Made by a program: the position numbers and the translations under genes. DNA of 64,000 bases, taken from Alphaproteobacteria bacterium (GTDB lineage Bacteria > Myxococcota_A > UBA796 > GCA-2862545). Positions 41,478 through 49,492 of the stretch are shown one piece after another. The stretch covers positions 312-64,311 of the forward strand of contig JACKET010000025.1 in NCBI GenBank assembly GCA_020632875.1, given 5' to 3'. The number at the start of each line of letters is the position of its first letter. The first letter of the stretch is position 1. The notes beneath the pieces were generated by a model. It had not been told where the DNA came from. It did not search any database and saw nothing but the letters and a program-made list of their open reading frames with translations.

Positions 41478-42254
41478 TCACCGCATCTGATAGGGCGTCG
41501 CGTCGTTGATCGTGCTCTCGAGCTTCAGCGAGTGCGTGGGCACCGAGCCCGCGATCAGCCCCTGGATGCCGCCCGCACGCGTCGTCGTGACGAGCATGTC
41601 GCCACCGGGCCCCCGGATGTACAGGCGGTCGTGCTCGACCGGGTATTCGTACGTGTAGATGGCGGAGCGCGTGCCCTGCGGCACCTCGACCGTCACGCTG
41701 TACACCTTCGCATCGGGGTGCGCCTCGTAGGCCTGGCGGAACGCGCGGTACACGTGCTCGGGCTTCAGCTCGCGCTCTTCGACCGCATCGGACTTCGCGA
41801 TGTTCCAGCCGGAGCGCATCACCTTCTCGAGCGGGCCGGGCGCCCAGCCGAGCTCGACGTGCACCCGGTCGCCCTCGCGCGTGATCGGCGGGTTCTCGAA
41901 GTGCTGGCGCACCTTCTCTTCGACGCGCGCGCGCAGCTCGGGCGTGTCGGTGAGCGCCGTGGTGTACATGCCCTTCGAGATCCGGATGAAGGCGTCGAGC
42001 TCGTTCTTGTCGTTCGGCAGCTCGCCCTTCCACTGGCGGCGGCGCGTGTTCATCGCCTTGTCGATCACCGGATCGACCACGGCGGGGTCGTCGAGGTTGT
42101 ACGCCGCGGTGTGCGCCCAGTTGGCGGGGTGCTCGACGAAGGCCTGACGGACGTAGGCACGGGGATCGGACACGGTCTCGGACACTTGGCCTCCCTGGGG
42201 GGACGGAACGGAAGCGGGCGGCGAGCCGCAGGCGAGGAGGAGCAGCCAGATCAC
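41478..42254 (-). CDS. Hypothetical lipoprotein
   Basis: The GTG start gives VIWLLLLACGSPP, a lipobox. The start overlaps the upstream glycosyltransferase stop (GTGA). Confidence 0.65.
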   Translation of the reverse strand: MIWLLLLACGSPPASVPSPQGGQVSETVSDPRAYVRQAFVEHPANWAHTAAYNLDDPAVVDPVIDKAMNTRRRQWKGELPNDKNELDAFIRISKGMYTTALTDTPELRARVEEKVRQHFENPPITREGDRVHVELGWAPGPLEKVMRSGWNIAKSDAVEERELKPEHVYRAFRQAYEAHPDAKVYSVTVEVPQGTRSAIYTYEYPVEHDRLYIRGPGGDMLVTTTRAGGIQGLIAGSVPTHSLKLESTINDATPYQMR

Positions 42255-43408
42255 GGTTTCGCTCCGAGGTGGGACAGGTACAGCGCCGCACCGGTGGGGA
42301 GCGCGCGTGCCTGCTGAACGTAATCGGCCCGGCGCCGCGCTTCTTCCGCGCGTCGCTCGCGATCGGACAGCAGCCCCATCGCCGTGGACACGAACGCCTC
42401 GGGGGCGCGGATCTCGGTGGGGTTGAGGAGCGCACCGTACGGATTGCCCGCGAGGACGGGGCCGAGCGTGTCCCACATGCTGTAGGGCCACATCAGGAAG
42501 CGGTACACGTCGATCCCGCCGAGCGGGCCGGCCTCGCTGTTCACGACCGTCATCACGGGCACGCCGGACGCGATGGCGAGGGCGTTCGTCATCGCGGACG
42601 CGTTGAGCGACAGCACGCAGTCGACGGACGCGACGAGCCCGCGGAACGCCTGCGGGGGCAGGTTCGGGATCCAGTGGAACCGGTCGCCCAGGTGCTCCTT
42701 GAGGCGCAGCGGCACGGGGCCGAGCTGCACGACGTGGACGTGATCCGGCAGGCTGCGCAGGCGCTCCGTGAGGACGGGAGGCACCGCGCGCATCACGGCA
42801 TCCACCTCGGCGAGCGCGTACTTCCGGTGCTGCCAGGCCGACGTGGCGAGGAACAGGATGGGCGCGTCGTCGGGCAGCCCGTAGCGCCCGCGCTCCACGG
42901 GGAGCTCGGGATCCGGGAGGATGCAGAACGTCTTCTCGGCGCTCGGCCGGATGAACGGGACGGGCGCCATGCGCCACGGGAACCCCGCCAGCTTCGGAGA
43001 GAACCCGAGCCCGTCGCTCGGGTGCGCATCGAGCCCCGTGACCTCGGGCGCGTGCCACGTGTCGACGAACACGATCCGCCCACCGAGCTTCGCAAGGAAT
43101 CCGGGGTCGACCCGGCGGCGCTCGAGGCTGTTCGAGGCCATCGCGAAGTCGGCCAGCAGCACGCCGTCTGGACGCCCCTTCGCGATCGCGTCGGCGAACA
43201 CGGGCTCGATGGCGCCCCACCCCTCCGGCGGCGCGACGTGCAGCTCGAAGTCCTCGCCGGCGAACACCTTGTGGACCGCGGGATCCGCGACGACCACGAC
43301 CTCGTCGCCGCGGGCGCGCAGCTCGCGGCCGATGTCGCGACCGACCTGCGCCTCGCCCGTTCCGGAGCGACTCAGCGCGACGATCAGATGGCGTCCCCGA
43401 CGGCTCAT
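42251..43408 (-). CDS. GT-B-fold glycosyltransferase-like protein (family uncertain)
   Basis: The protein is 385 aa with a two-Rossmann-like layout: an N-terminal HLIVALSRSGTGEAQVGRDIGRELRARGDEVVVV and a C-terminal half with VDCVLSLNASAMTNALAIASGVPVMTV. Confidence 0.55.
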   Translation of the reverse strand: MSRRGRHLIVALSRSGTGEAQVGRDIGRELRARGDEVVVVADPAVHKVFAGEDFELHVAPPEGWGAIEPVFADAIAKGRPDGVLLADFAMASNSLERRRVDPGFLAKLGGRIVFVDTWHAPEVTGLDAHPSDGLGFSPKLAGFPWRMAPVPFIRPSAEKTFCILPDPELPVERGRYGLPDDAPILFLATSAWQHRKYALAEVDAVMRAVPPVLTERLRSLPDHVHVVQLGPVPLRLKEHLGDRFHWIPNLPPQAFRGLVASVDCVLSLNASAMTNALAIASGVPVMTVVNSEAGPLGGIDVYRFLMWPYSMWDTLGPVLAGNPYGALLNPTEIRAPEAFVSTAMGLLSDRERRAEEARRRADYVQQARALPTGAALYLSHLGAKP

Positions 43409-43488
43409 GCCGCCAGCATACGCCCCCTGGCTCCGCGGGCGGCGGCGTCATACCCAGGGCGCGTCCCTCCCCCGCCCGGACGGCCGGT

Positions 43489-45450
43489 TTGACAGGGTTC
43501 CTGCTCTCCAACCTCGCACTCGCCTTCGCTTCGTGGCGGGCCGCGGAGTCGTTCGACGACCTCGATGACCCGTGGGCGCGCGCGGCGACCGGTCTGCTGG
43601 CGTTCCAGCTCGGCGCCGCGGGGCTGGCGCTGCTGCTGGCGCTCGCCGGGCTGCTCACGCCGACCGCGCAGATGGCGGGCGCGGGCGTGCTCGCCGTCGC
43701 GAGCCTCGGCCTGAAGCGCGCCGGGCCCGCGGCCTCCGCGCCGCTCGAGCGCGCCGACCACCTCGGAGTGGCGGTGCTCGTCGCGACCCTGGCGGTCTGG
43801 GCGCTCGGCCCGCCGCTCACGGGCACCGAGCTGACCTACGACGACGCGACGTACCACGCGGCCATCCCAGCCTGGATGCTGACCGAGGGGCACTTCGCCA
43901 TCGCGCCGTTCACGTACCAGGCGTACTACCCGCTGCAGACCGAGCTCGTGTCGCTCTGGTTCATGATCCCGACGCACGACCTGACCCACGCCGGGCTCGG
44001 TCCGTTGCTGCACGCCCTGCTGTTCGCCACGGCCGGCACGGCGCTCGCGCGCCACCTCGGCGCCAGCACGGGCAGCGGCGCGGCGTTCGTCGCCACCCTG
44101 CTCGTGTCGCGCCGCACCCTGCAGGGCCTGCACTCGACGTCGGCGCCCGACCTCTGCGCTACCGCGAACCTGGTGACCGCGCTGTTGTTCGCGATGACCG
44201 TGCCCGGGCGCCTCGGCGCCCTCCTGTTCGGCGTGGCGGCCGGCGCCGCGCTCTCGACGAAGATCACGACGGCTTCGGCGCTCGTGCTCGCCGCGGCCTG
44301 GTACGCGTGGCAGAACCGCGCGCAGCCCGCGCGGATCGGCATCGCCGCGGGGGTCGGCATCGCGCTCGGGTGCGGCTGGTACGTGCGGAACCTCGTGCTG
44401 ACGGGCAATCCGCTGTTCCCCGCCGCGCTCGGCCCCTTCGAGGGCCCGCTCGACCCGGAGACCCAGTACGTCAGCTCGCTGCGTCCGTTCCTCGACCCCG
44501 CCCACCCGCGGATGGTGTGGAACGTCGTGAAGACGCGCCTCAACTGGCCCACGGTGCTCGGCATCGGCGCGCTGGTGGGGCTCGGCGCGTCGATCGTCGC
44601 GGGATGGCGGCGGCGGCGCGCGGATCTGGTCCTCGTCGGGATCATCGGGATCCTCGGGATCCTCCTGCTCCCGCGACAGCCGTTCTCCGGCACGGTGAAT
44701 CGCCCGGACCAGCCGCTCCACGCGCTGATCCGCTTCGTGATGCCCGCCGTGGCGATGGGCCTCGTGGGCTTCGCGGGCGCGGTGGGGCCGTCGGCGCGCG
44801 GGGTCTTCGCGGGTGTCGCGCTGTGGGCGCTCACCCTGTTCGGCAGCACCGACCTCGTCCGGACGCGCGACTTCGCGGCGCTCGGCCTCGGCATCGCTGT
44901 CGCGGTGGGCCTCGGCGCCCTCGCGGTGCGCGGGCGGGCCCCCGGGCGTCGGACGGTCGCGGCGCTCGTGCTCGGCGTCCTGCTCGTGCTGGCGGCGCGA
45001 ACGCCGGCGAAGCGGCGGGCGACGATCCTCCAGCTCCCCCGGATCTCGCTGTCCGCGGGCAACCAGGTCGAGCTGTTCGTGGCGATCAACCGCCTGAAGC
45101 GCGGCTCCGTGCTGGCGCAGGTCGCCGACGTGCCGGTGTCGAACGACCACTCGGTCCGGGCGCTGGGGATGTCGCTCCAGCACCGGTACTTGGCGATCGA
45201 CCTCGACGGCACGCCCCTGCGCCCGCTGCACGAGCGCTGGCGCGACGAGCCGGCGGGCTGGTGGTGGCGCTGGGGGCGCGCGCAGTCGGACGGGTTCCTC
45301 GAGAACCTCGCGCAGACCGACGTGGACTTCCTGATCGTGTCGACGTGCAACGAGGTCGACACCTGGCCCCCGGTGCGCGAGAAGCTGCTCGAGCACCCCG
45401 AGCGGCGCATCCACGCGTCGGACTGCGGCGAGATCTGGCGCGCGCGCTGA
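43489..45450 (+). CDS. GT-C-fold polytopic membrane glycosyltransferase (PMT/ArnT-like)
   Basis: More than ten TM helices are present. The first-loop acidic motif is TYDDATYHAAIP. A C-terminal soluble domain follows. The TTG start is tentative. Confidence 0.6.
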   Translation: MTGFLLSNLALAFASWRAAESFDDLDDPWARAATGLLAFQLGAAGLALLLALAGLLTPTAQMAGAGVLAVASLGLKRAGPAASAPLERADHLGVAVLVATLAVWALGPPLTGTELTYDDATYHAAIPAWMLTEGHFAIAPFTYQAYYPLQTELVSLWFMIPTHDLTHAGLGPLLHALLFATAGTALARHLGASTGSGAAFVATLLVSRRTLQGLHSTSAPDLCATANLVTALLFAMTVPGRLGALLFGVAAGAALSTKITTASALVLAAAWYAWQNRAQPARIGIAAGVGIALGCGWYVRNLVLTGNPLFPAALGPFEGPLDPETQYVSSLRPFLDPAHPRMVWNVVKTRLNWPTVLGIGALVGLGASIVAGWRRRRADLVLVGIIGILGILLLPRQPFSGTVNRPDQPLHALIRFVMPAVAMGLVGFAGAVGPSARGVFAGVALWALTLFGSTDLVRTRDFAALGLGIAVAVGLGALAVRGRAPGRRTVAALVLGVLLVLAARTPAKRRATILQLPRISLSAGNQVELFVAINRLKRGSVLAQVADVPVSNDHSVRALGMSLQHRYLAIDLDGTPLRPLHERWRDEPAGWWWRWGRAQSDGFLENLAQTDVDFLIVSTCNEVDTWPPVREKLLEHPERRIHASDCGEIWRAR

Positions 45451-47179
45451 GCCGGGTGGCCGCTGTGGGGTCTGACCCCACTGAGGCCACCTGACATGGG
45501 TGGCCGCTGTGGGGTCTGACCCCACTGAGGCCACTGGAGAGATGATCCGCTTGCGCAGCAAGTGGAGCTTCTCTCGTTGTTTCGTCGCCCGGCCTGTCGG
45601 CGGCTGATGACGCCGGATGGGTTACACTGTGGAAGGTCTTGCGCACAAGTGCCACGGCCAGCTTTGGTCGCGTCCGGGCGGGACAGTCCATCAGGGCCTC
45701 GGACTGGCCGAACCGACGCGCATGCTTTGCAGGAGACCGTTCGGACTCGATCGCCGCACGACTGGTCGTAGTGGAAGCGACGACCGCTGCAGCAAGTCGC
45801 GAGTCCTCGATGCTGCCTTCGCATCCGGAGAGGGCACACGAGGGCGCGAGCGGCTCTGACCGAAACCAGCGTGGCGAGCGCGGCCTACGGATCTGTCCCC
45901 GGTCAGTGCGGAGTGAGTCGCTGAACAACGCGATGCCGGGTACCCGCCGGGTGTGGCGAGCTCCGGCGGGGCGGAGCCGTGGCCGGGCGAAATGAGACGA
46001 CGCCTGCCACCCACCTGCCGGTTGAGCGTGAGCCCGCGGTAGCGGCTCACGGCTCCTAACGTATGGAAAGCGCTTCTTCAACGCCAGGAAGCGCGACTCG
46101 AACACGTGGTACGACGCGGCCGCCAGGACGAAGGTCGCCACCGAGAGCACCACGCTCATCACGAGCATCGTCGCGAGCCGCGACCCGAACAGCGGCCCGC
46201 CGCGGCCGGCGAGACGCGCGAAGTGCAGCAGGATGGGATGCAGCACGTACATCCCGTAGCTGTACGTCCCCACCCGCATCAGCGGGCCCCACGAGAGCGC
46301 GCGCGACACGAGCGAATCGCGCGCGTTGGTCAGGATCAGGCCGAGCAGCCCGGTGTAGACGACGGCGATCTCGGAGTACAGCAGCACCTGCACGGCGAGG
46401 TTCGGCCGCCGCCACTGGATGCCGCCGTTCCGGATGCCCTGCAGCACCATCAGCCCGCCCGCGATGGCCACCATCCAGCCGAACACGGCCCTCCAGCGGT
46501 CGAGCCCACCCTCCCGATGCGCCAGCACCGCGAGCACGGCACCGCCCGCCAGCGTGTCCATCCGGGTGAACGGGTACGTGTAGATCGACACGGGCCCCTG
46601 CGGCGCGAGCGGCGTCCCGAAGATCAGGCCGCGCAGCACGGCCGCCGCGACGACGAGCGACAGGCACACGGCGAGCAGGCGCTTCGGTGGCGTCCACAGC
46701 ACGACGAACGGCCACACCAGGTAGAACTGCTCCTCGACCGCGAGCGACCAGAGGTGCGTGAGGCCGGGCGTGCCCTGGTTCCAGCCGTACAGCGCAGCCT
46801 TGAAGTTCGACAGGTACAGCCAGTGCCACCACAGGCCCGCCCGCGGGTCGTAGTGCAGGAGCGGCGAGCTGCGGAACAGCGTCAGCAGGCCGATGAACAG
46901 GTAGAACAGCGGGAAGATCCGCAGGAACCGGCGTGCGTAGAAGGCCTTGAAGTACCGCGGCGAATCCCGCGACTCGATGAGCAGGCTCGTGATCAGGAAG
47001 CCCGACAGCACGAAGAACAGGTCCACGCCGGACCACCCGCTCCCGATGACGGCCACGAGCGCGCGGTCCACGGGCCCGACGGGGTCGTAGCGCGCGGTGA
47101 AGTGGTACAGCATGACCCCGAGCACGGCGATGCCCCGCAGCCCGTCGAGCGGCGCGAGGTGTGCGTCCCGGATGCGCAT
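45086..47179 (-). CDS. Acyltransferase family 3 (OafA/YrhL-like) membrane protein; only about 46060-47179 looks coding, and the ORF lacks a stop at the expected end
   Basis: The N-terminal 370 aa is a typical acyltransferase_3: LDGLRGIAVLGVMLYHF, GVDLFFVLSGFLIT, HLWSLAVEEQFYLVWP and YHVFESRFLALKKRF. The remaining roughly 330 codons have A/T-ending codons and low-complexity R/A/S/P sequence. They overlap the convergent GT-C gene. Confidence 0.6.
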   Translation of the reverse strand: MRIRDAHLAPLDGLRGIAVLGVMLYHFTARYDPVGPVDRALVAVIGSGWSGVDLFFVLSGFLITSLLIESRDSPRYFKAFYARRFLRIFPLFYLFIGLLTLFRSSPLLHYDPRAGLWWHWLYLSNFKAALYGWNQGTPGLTHLWSLAVEEQFYLVWPFVVLWTPPKRLLAVCLSLVVAAAVLRGLIFGTPLAPQGPVSIYTYPFTRMDTLAGGAVLAVLAHREGGLDRWRAVFGWMVAIAGGLMVLQGIRNGGIQWRRPNLAVQVLLYSEIAVVYTGLLGLILTNARDSLVSRALSWGPLMRVGTYSYGMYVLHPILLHFARLAGRGGPLFGSRLATMLVMSVVLSVATFVLAAASYHVFESRFLALKKRFPYVRSREPLPRAHAQPAGGWQASSHFARPRLRPAGARHTRRVPGIALFSDSLRTDRGQIRRPRSPRWFRSEPLAPSCALSGCEGSIEDSRLAAAVVASTTTSRAAIESERSPAKHARRFGQSEALMDCPARTRPKLAVALVRKTFHSVTHPASSAADRPGDETTREAPLAAQADHLSSGLSGVRPHSGHPCQVASVGSDPTAATRLSARARSRRSPTRGCAARGARAASRAPGARCRPRCTSTRSGSPRRSARGSRGTRPTARAPSATTSPPARRASARAAGAGACRRGRSPSTGAGATSPAPGPSGRSTPARRRPAPARSRASGG
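45454..45534. repeat. Two tandem copies of a 37-bp palindromic (hairpin-forming) repeat
   Basis: GGGTGGCCGCTGTGGGGTCTGACCCCACTGAGGCCAC occurs at 45454-45490 and identically at 45498-45534. The outer arms are GTGGCC/GGCCAC and the inner arms GTGGGGTC/GACCCCAC. Confidence 0.9.
45537..45585 (+). terminator. Putative intrinsic terminator after the GT-C gene
   Basis: The hairpin is GAGAGA-tgat-CCGCTTGC-gca-GCAAGTGG-agct-TCTCTC. It is followed by GTTGTTTCGT. Confidence 0.4.
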
Positions 47180-47319
47180 CGCGCTCAGGGCAGCTCCGGA
47201 CGGACCGGGTTCGGGGAGGCGCGCATGCCCCGAGGATAGCCGACCCCCCGCGAAATCCGGTCGACATCCCTCCGAAGCCGCGATGTGCCAGGATGGGCCG
47301 ATTCAACGTGGGAGGCCGG

Positions 47320-48348
47320 ATGTCGAGGCTGAAGCTGATCGCCGCGGGCGCAGGCGGCGTGGGGGTGCTGGTCCTCATGGGCGCGGGGAGCACGTGGATG
47401 TGGGCGAACAGCGCCGTCACCGCCGTGTTCGACAAGGACTGGGAGAGCCACGAGGTCGACTTCCCCATCCCCTTCCCGCTCACCGAGGCCGAGAAGCAGG
47501 CGCTCCGCGACGAACGCACGGCGGAGATGCCCGAGCCGTCGGACGGAGAGCCGGTCGACCCGCTCGAGGGCGTCGATCTCGACGCCATCGCCATGGAGCG
47601 CGCCGTGGCGCGCGGCCAGCACTACGTCACGTCCATCTACGCCTGCACGGCCTGCCACGGCGCGGACTTCGGCGGCGGCTCGATGATCGACGACGGCGCG
47701 ATCGGCCAGATCTTCGGCCCCAACCTCACGAAGGGCGGGAAGACGGCGAGCTACCGGCCCGCCGACTGGGACCGCGCCGTCCGCCACGGAATCCTCCCGA
47801 ACGGCAAGACCTCCATGATGCCCGTCCTCGACTTCAAGCGGCTCACCGACCGCGAGCTGTCCGACATGGCCGCCTTCATCGGCTCCCTCCCCGCGAAAGA
47901 GGGCGGCGAGACGGTCCGCACGTGGGGGCCCATCGGCACGATGCTGGTCGCGACAGGTCAGCTCGTCCCCGACGTCGAACGCGTGAAGGACCACATGGCA
48001 GCGCACGAGGCCGAGCCCCCGGTGCCCACGCCCGACGCCGCGTACGGCACGCACATCATCAACGTCTGCACCGGTTGCCACCGCGAGGGCCTGAACGGCG
48101 GTCCGATGCCTTTCGGCCCGCCCGACTGGCCTCCCGCGGCCAACCTCACGCCCCACGAGAGCGGCATCGCAGGCTGGTCGTTCGAGGACTTCGAGAAGGC
48201 GCTGAAGACCGCGGTCCGGCCCGACGGGCGCACGCTGCAGGTGCCGATGTCGGAGCTCATCCCGTTCGCGAACAACATGACCGACACCGAGCTGCGGGCG
48301 ATGTACGCCTACCTCGTCGCGCTCCCGCCCACGCCCACGGGCGAGTGA
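47320..48348 (+). CDS. Membrane-anchored di-heme cytochrome c
   Basis: A GGAGG RBS sits 4 nt before the ATG at 47320. MSRLKLIAAGAGGVGVLVLMGAG is the anchor. Heme motifs are CTACH and CTGCH. Confidence 0.8.
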   Translation: MSRLKLIAAGAGGVGVLVLMGAGSTWMWANSAVTAVFDKDWESHEVDFPIPFPLTEAEKQALRDERTAEMPEPSDGEPVDPLEGVDLDAIAMERAVARGQHYVTSIYACTACHGADFGGGSMIDDGAIGQIFGPNLTKGGKTASYRPADWDRAVRHGILPNGKTSMMPVLDFKRLTDRELSDMAAFIGSLPAKEGGETVRTWGPIGTMLVATGQLVPDVERVKDHMAAHEAEPPVPTPDAAYGTHIINVCTGCHREGLNGGPMPFGPPDWPPAANLTPHESGIAGWSFEDFEKALKTAVRPDGRTLQVPMSELIPFANNMTDTELRAMYAYLVALPPTPTGE

Positions 48349-48358
48349 GGCGGCGCGG

Positions 48359-49492
48359 CTACCCGAGCAGGGCGAGCAGGACGCCGGCGGCCACCGCGCT
48401 GCCGATGACGCCGGCGACATTCGGGCCCATCGCGTGCATCAGCAGGAGGTTCGAGGGATTGGCCTCCTGACCCACGCGGTTCACGACCCGCGCCGCCATC
48501 GGGACCGCCGACACGCCCGCCGCGCCGATCAGCGGGTTGATCGGGTCGCGGCTGACGAGGTTCATGAGCTTCGCGAGCAGCACGCCCGCGGCGGTGCCGA
48601 TGCAGAACGCGACGAGGCCGAGCGCCAGGATGCCGAGCGTCTCGGGATGCAGGAACTTCTCGGCCGACAGCTTCGAGCCGACCGCGAGCCCGAGCAGGAT
48701 CGTCACGATGTTGATGAGCTCGTTCTTCGCGGCACCGGCGAGCCTGTCGACCACACCGGACTCCGAGAGCAGGTTCCCGAACATCAGCGCGCCGATGAGG
48801 GGCGTCGCGCTCGGGAGCAGCAGCGCGCACAGCACGAACACGACCAGCGGGAACACGATCTTCTCGACCCGACGCACCGGGCGGAGCTGCTTCATCACGA
48901 TGCGGCGCTCGTCCTCCGTCGTGAGCGCCCGCATGATGGGCGGCTGGATGAGTGGGACCAGCGCCATGTACGAGTAGGCGGCCACGGCGATCGCGCCGAG
49001 CAGATCGGGCGCGAGGCGCGTCGCGAGGAAGATGGCCGTGGGCCCGTCGGCGCCCCCGATGATCCCGATGGCCCCGGCGTCCTGCATCGAGAAGTCGATC
49101 CACGGCGTCATGTCGGACAGGGCCACCGCACCGATGAGCGTCGCGAAGATGCCGAACTGGGCGGCCGCTCCGAGCAGCGCCGTGCGTGGATTGGCGAGCA
49201 GCGGCCCGAAGTCCGTGAGCGCCCCGACGCCCATGAAGATCAGCAGCGGGAACAGCCCGTTCGCCACGCCCGCCGCGTAGATGATGCCGAGGAACCCGTC
49301 GGGCTCGGAGATCCCGGCGCCCGGCACGTTGGCGAGCAGCCCGCCGAACCCGATCGGCACGAGCAGCAGGGGCTCGAAGCCCTTCTTGATGGCGAGCCAC
49401 AGGAGCGCGAAGCAAACGGCGGCCATGAGCGCGTGGCCCCACGTGGCCTGCGCGATGCCGGTGTCGTGCCAGAGCCGGACGAAGCCCTCCAT
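48359..49492 (-). CDS. oadB: Na+-translocating decarboxylase beta subunit
   Basis: The sequence begins [15 protein letters not shown]. The membrane protein is polytopic and contains [13 protein letters not shown] and [14 protein letters not shown]. The start overlaps the oadA stop. Confidence 0.85.
   Translation of the reverse strand: MEGFVRLWHDTGIAQATWGHALMAAVCFALLWLAIKKGFEPLLLVPIGFGGLLANVPGAGISEPDGFLGIIYAAGVANGLFPLLIFMGVGALTDFGPLLANPRTALLGAAAQFGIFATLIGAVALSDMTPWIDFSMQDAGAIGIIGGADGPTAIFLATRLAPDLLGAIAVAAYSYMALVPLIQPPIMRALTTEDERRIVMKQLRPVRRVEKIVFPLVVFVLCALLLPSATPLIGALMFGNLLSESGVVDRLAGAAKNELINIVTILLGLAVGSKLSAEKFLHPETLGILALGLVAFCIGTAAGVLLAKLMNLVSRDPINPLIGAAGVSAVPMAARVVNRVGQEANPSNLLLMHAMGPNVAGVIGSAVAAGVLLALLG

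Noticed and set aside
45454-45534. A possible CRISPR array, because of identical direct repeats.
   Set aside because: There are only two copies, separated by 7 nt. There are no spacers of CRISPR length and no cas genes in the window.
45576-46059. RNase P RNA, tmRNA, SRP RNA, group II intron (GTGCG at 45908 plus a domain-V-like 34-nt hairpin at about 46017-46050), or a cobalamin riboswitch (CAGGAGACC resembling the B12 box).
   Set aside because: Only isolated short resemblances exist. The universally conserved cores are absent: GGAAAGTCCGGGC and ACAGAACCCGGCTTA for RNase P, the tRNA-like ends and tag ORF for tmRNA, and a GNRA-capped domain V followed by domain VI for the intron. A riboswitch has no downstream gene in either orientation. 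The region is kept as an unexplained finding rather than a named RNA.
46056-47594. An alternative 512-aa minus-strand ORF overlaps the acyltransferase gene and ends at a TAG near the expected acyltransferase terminus.
   Set aside because: Its translation is Arg/Ala/Pro-rich with no membrane helices. The acyltransferase_3 motifs are all in the 45086..47179 frame. It is relevant only as a hint that a 1-nt indel could restore a stop.
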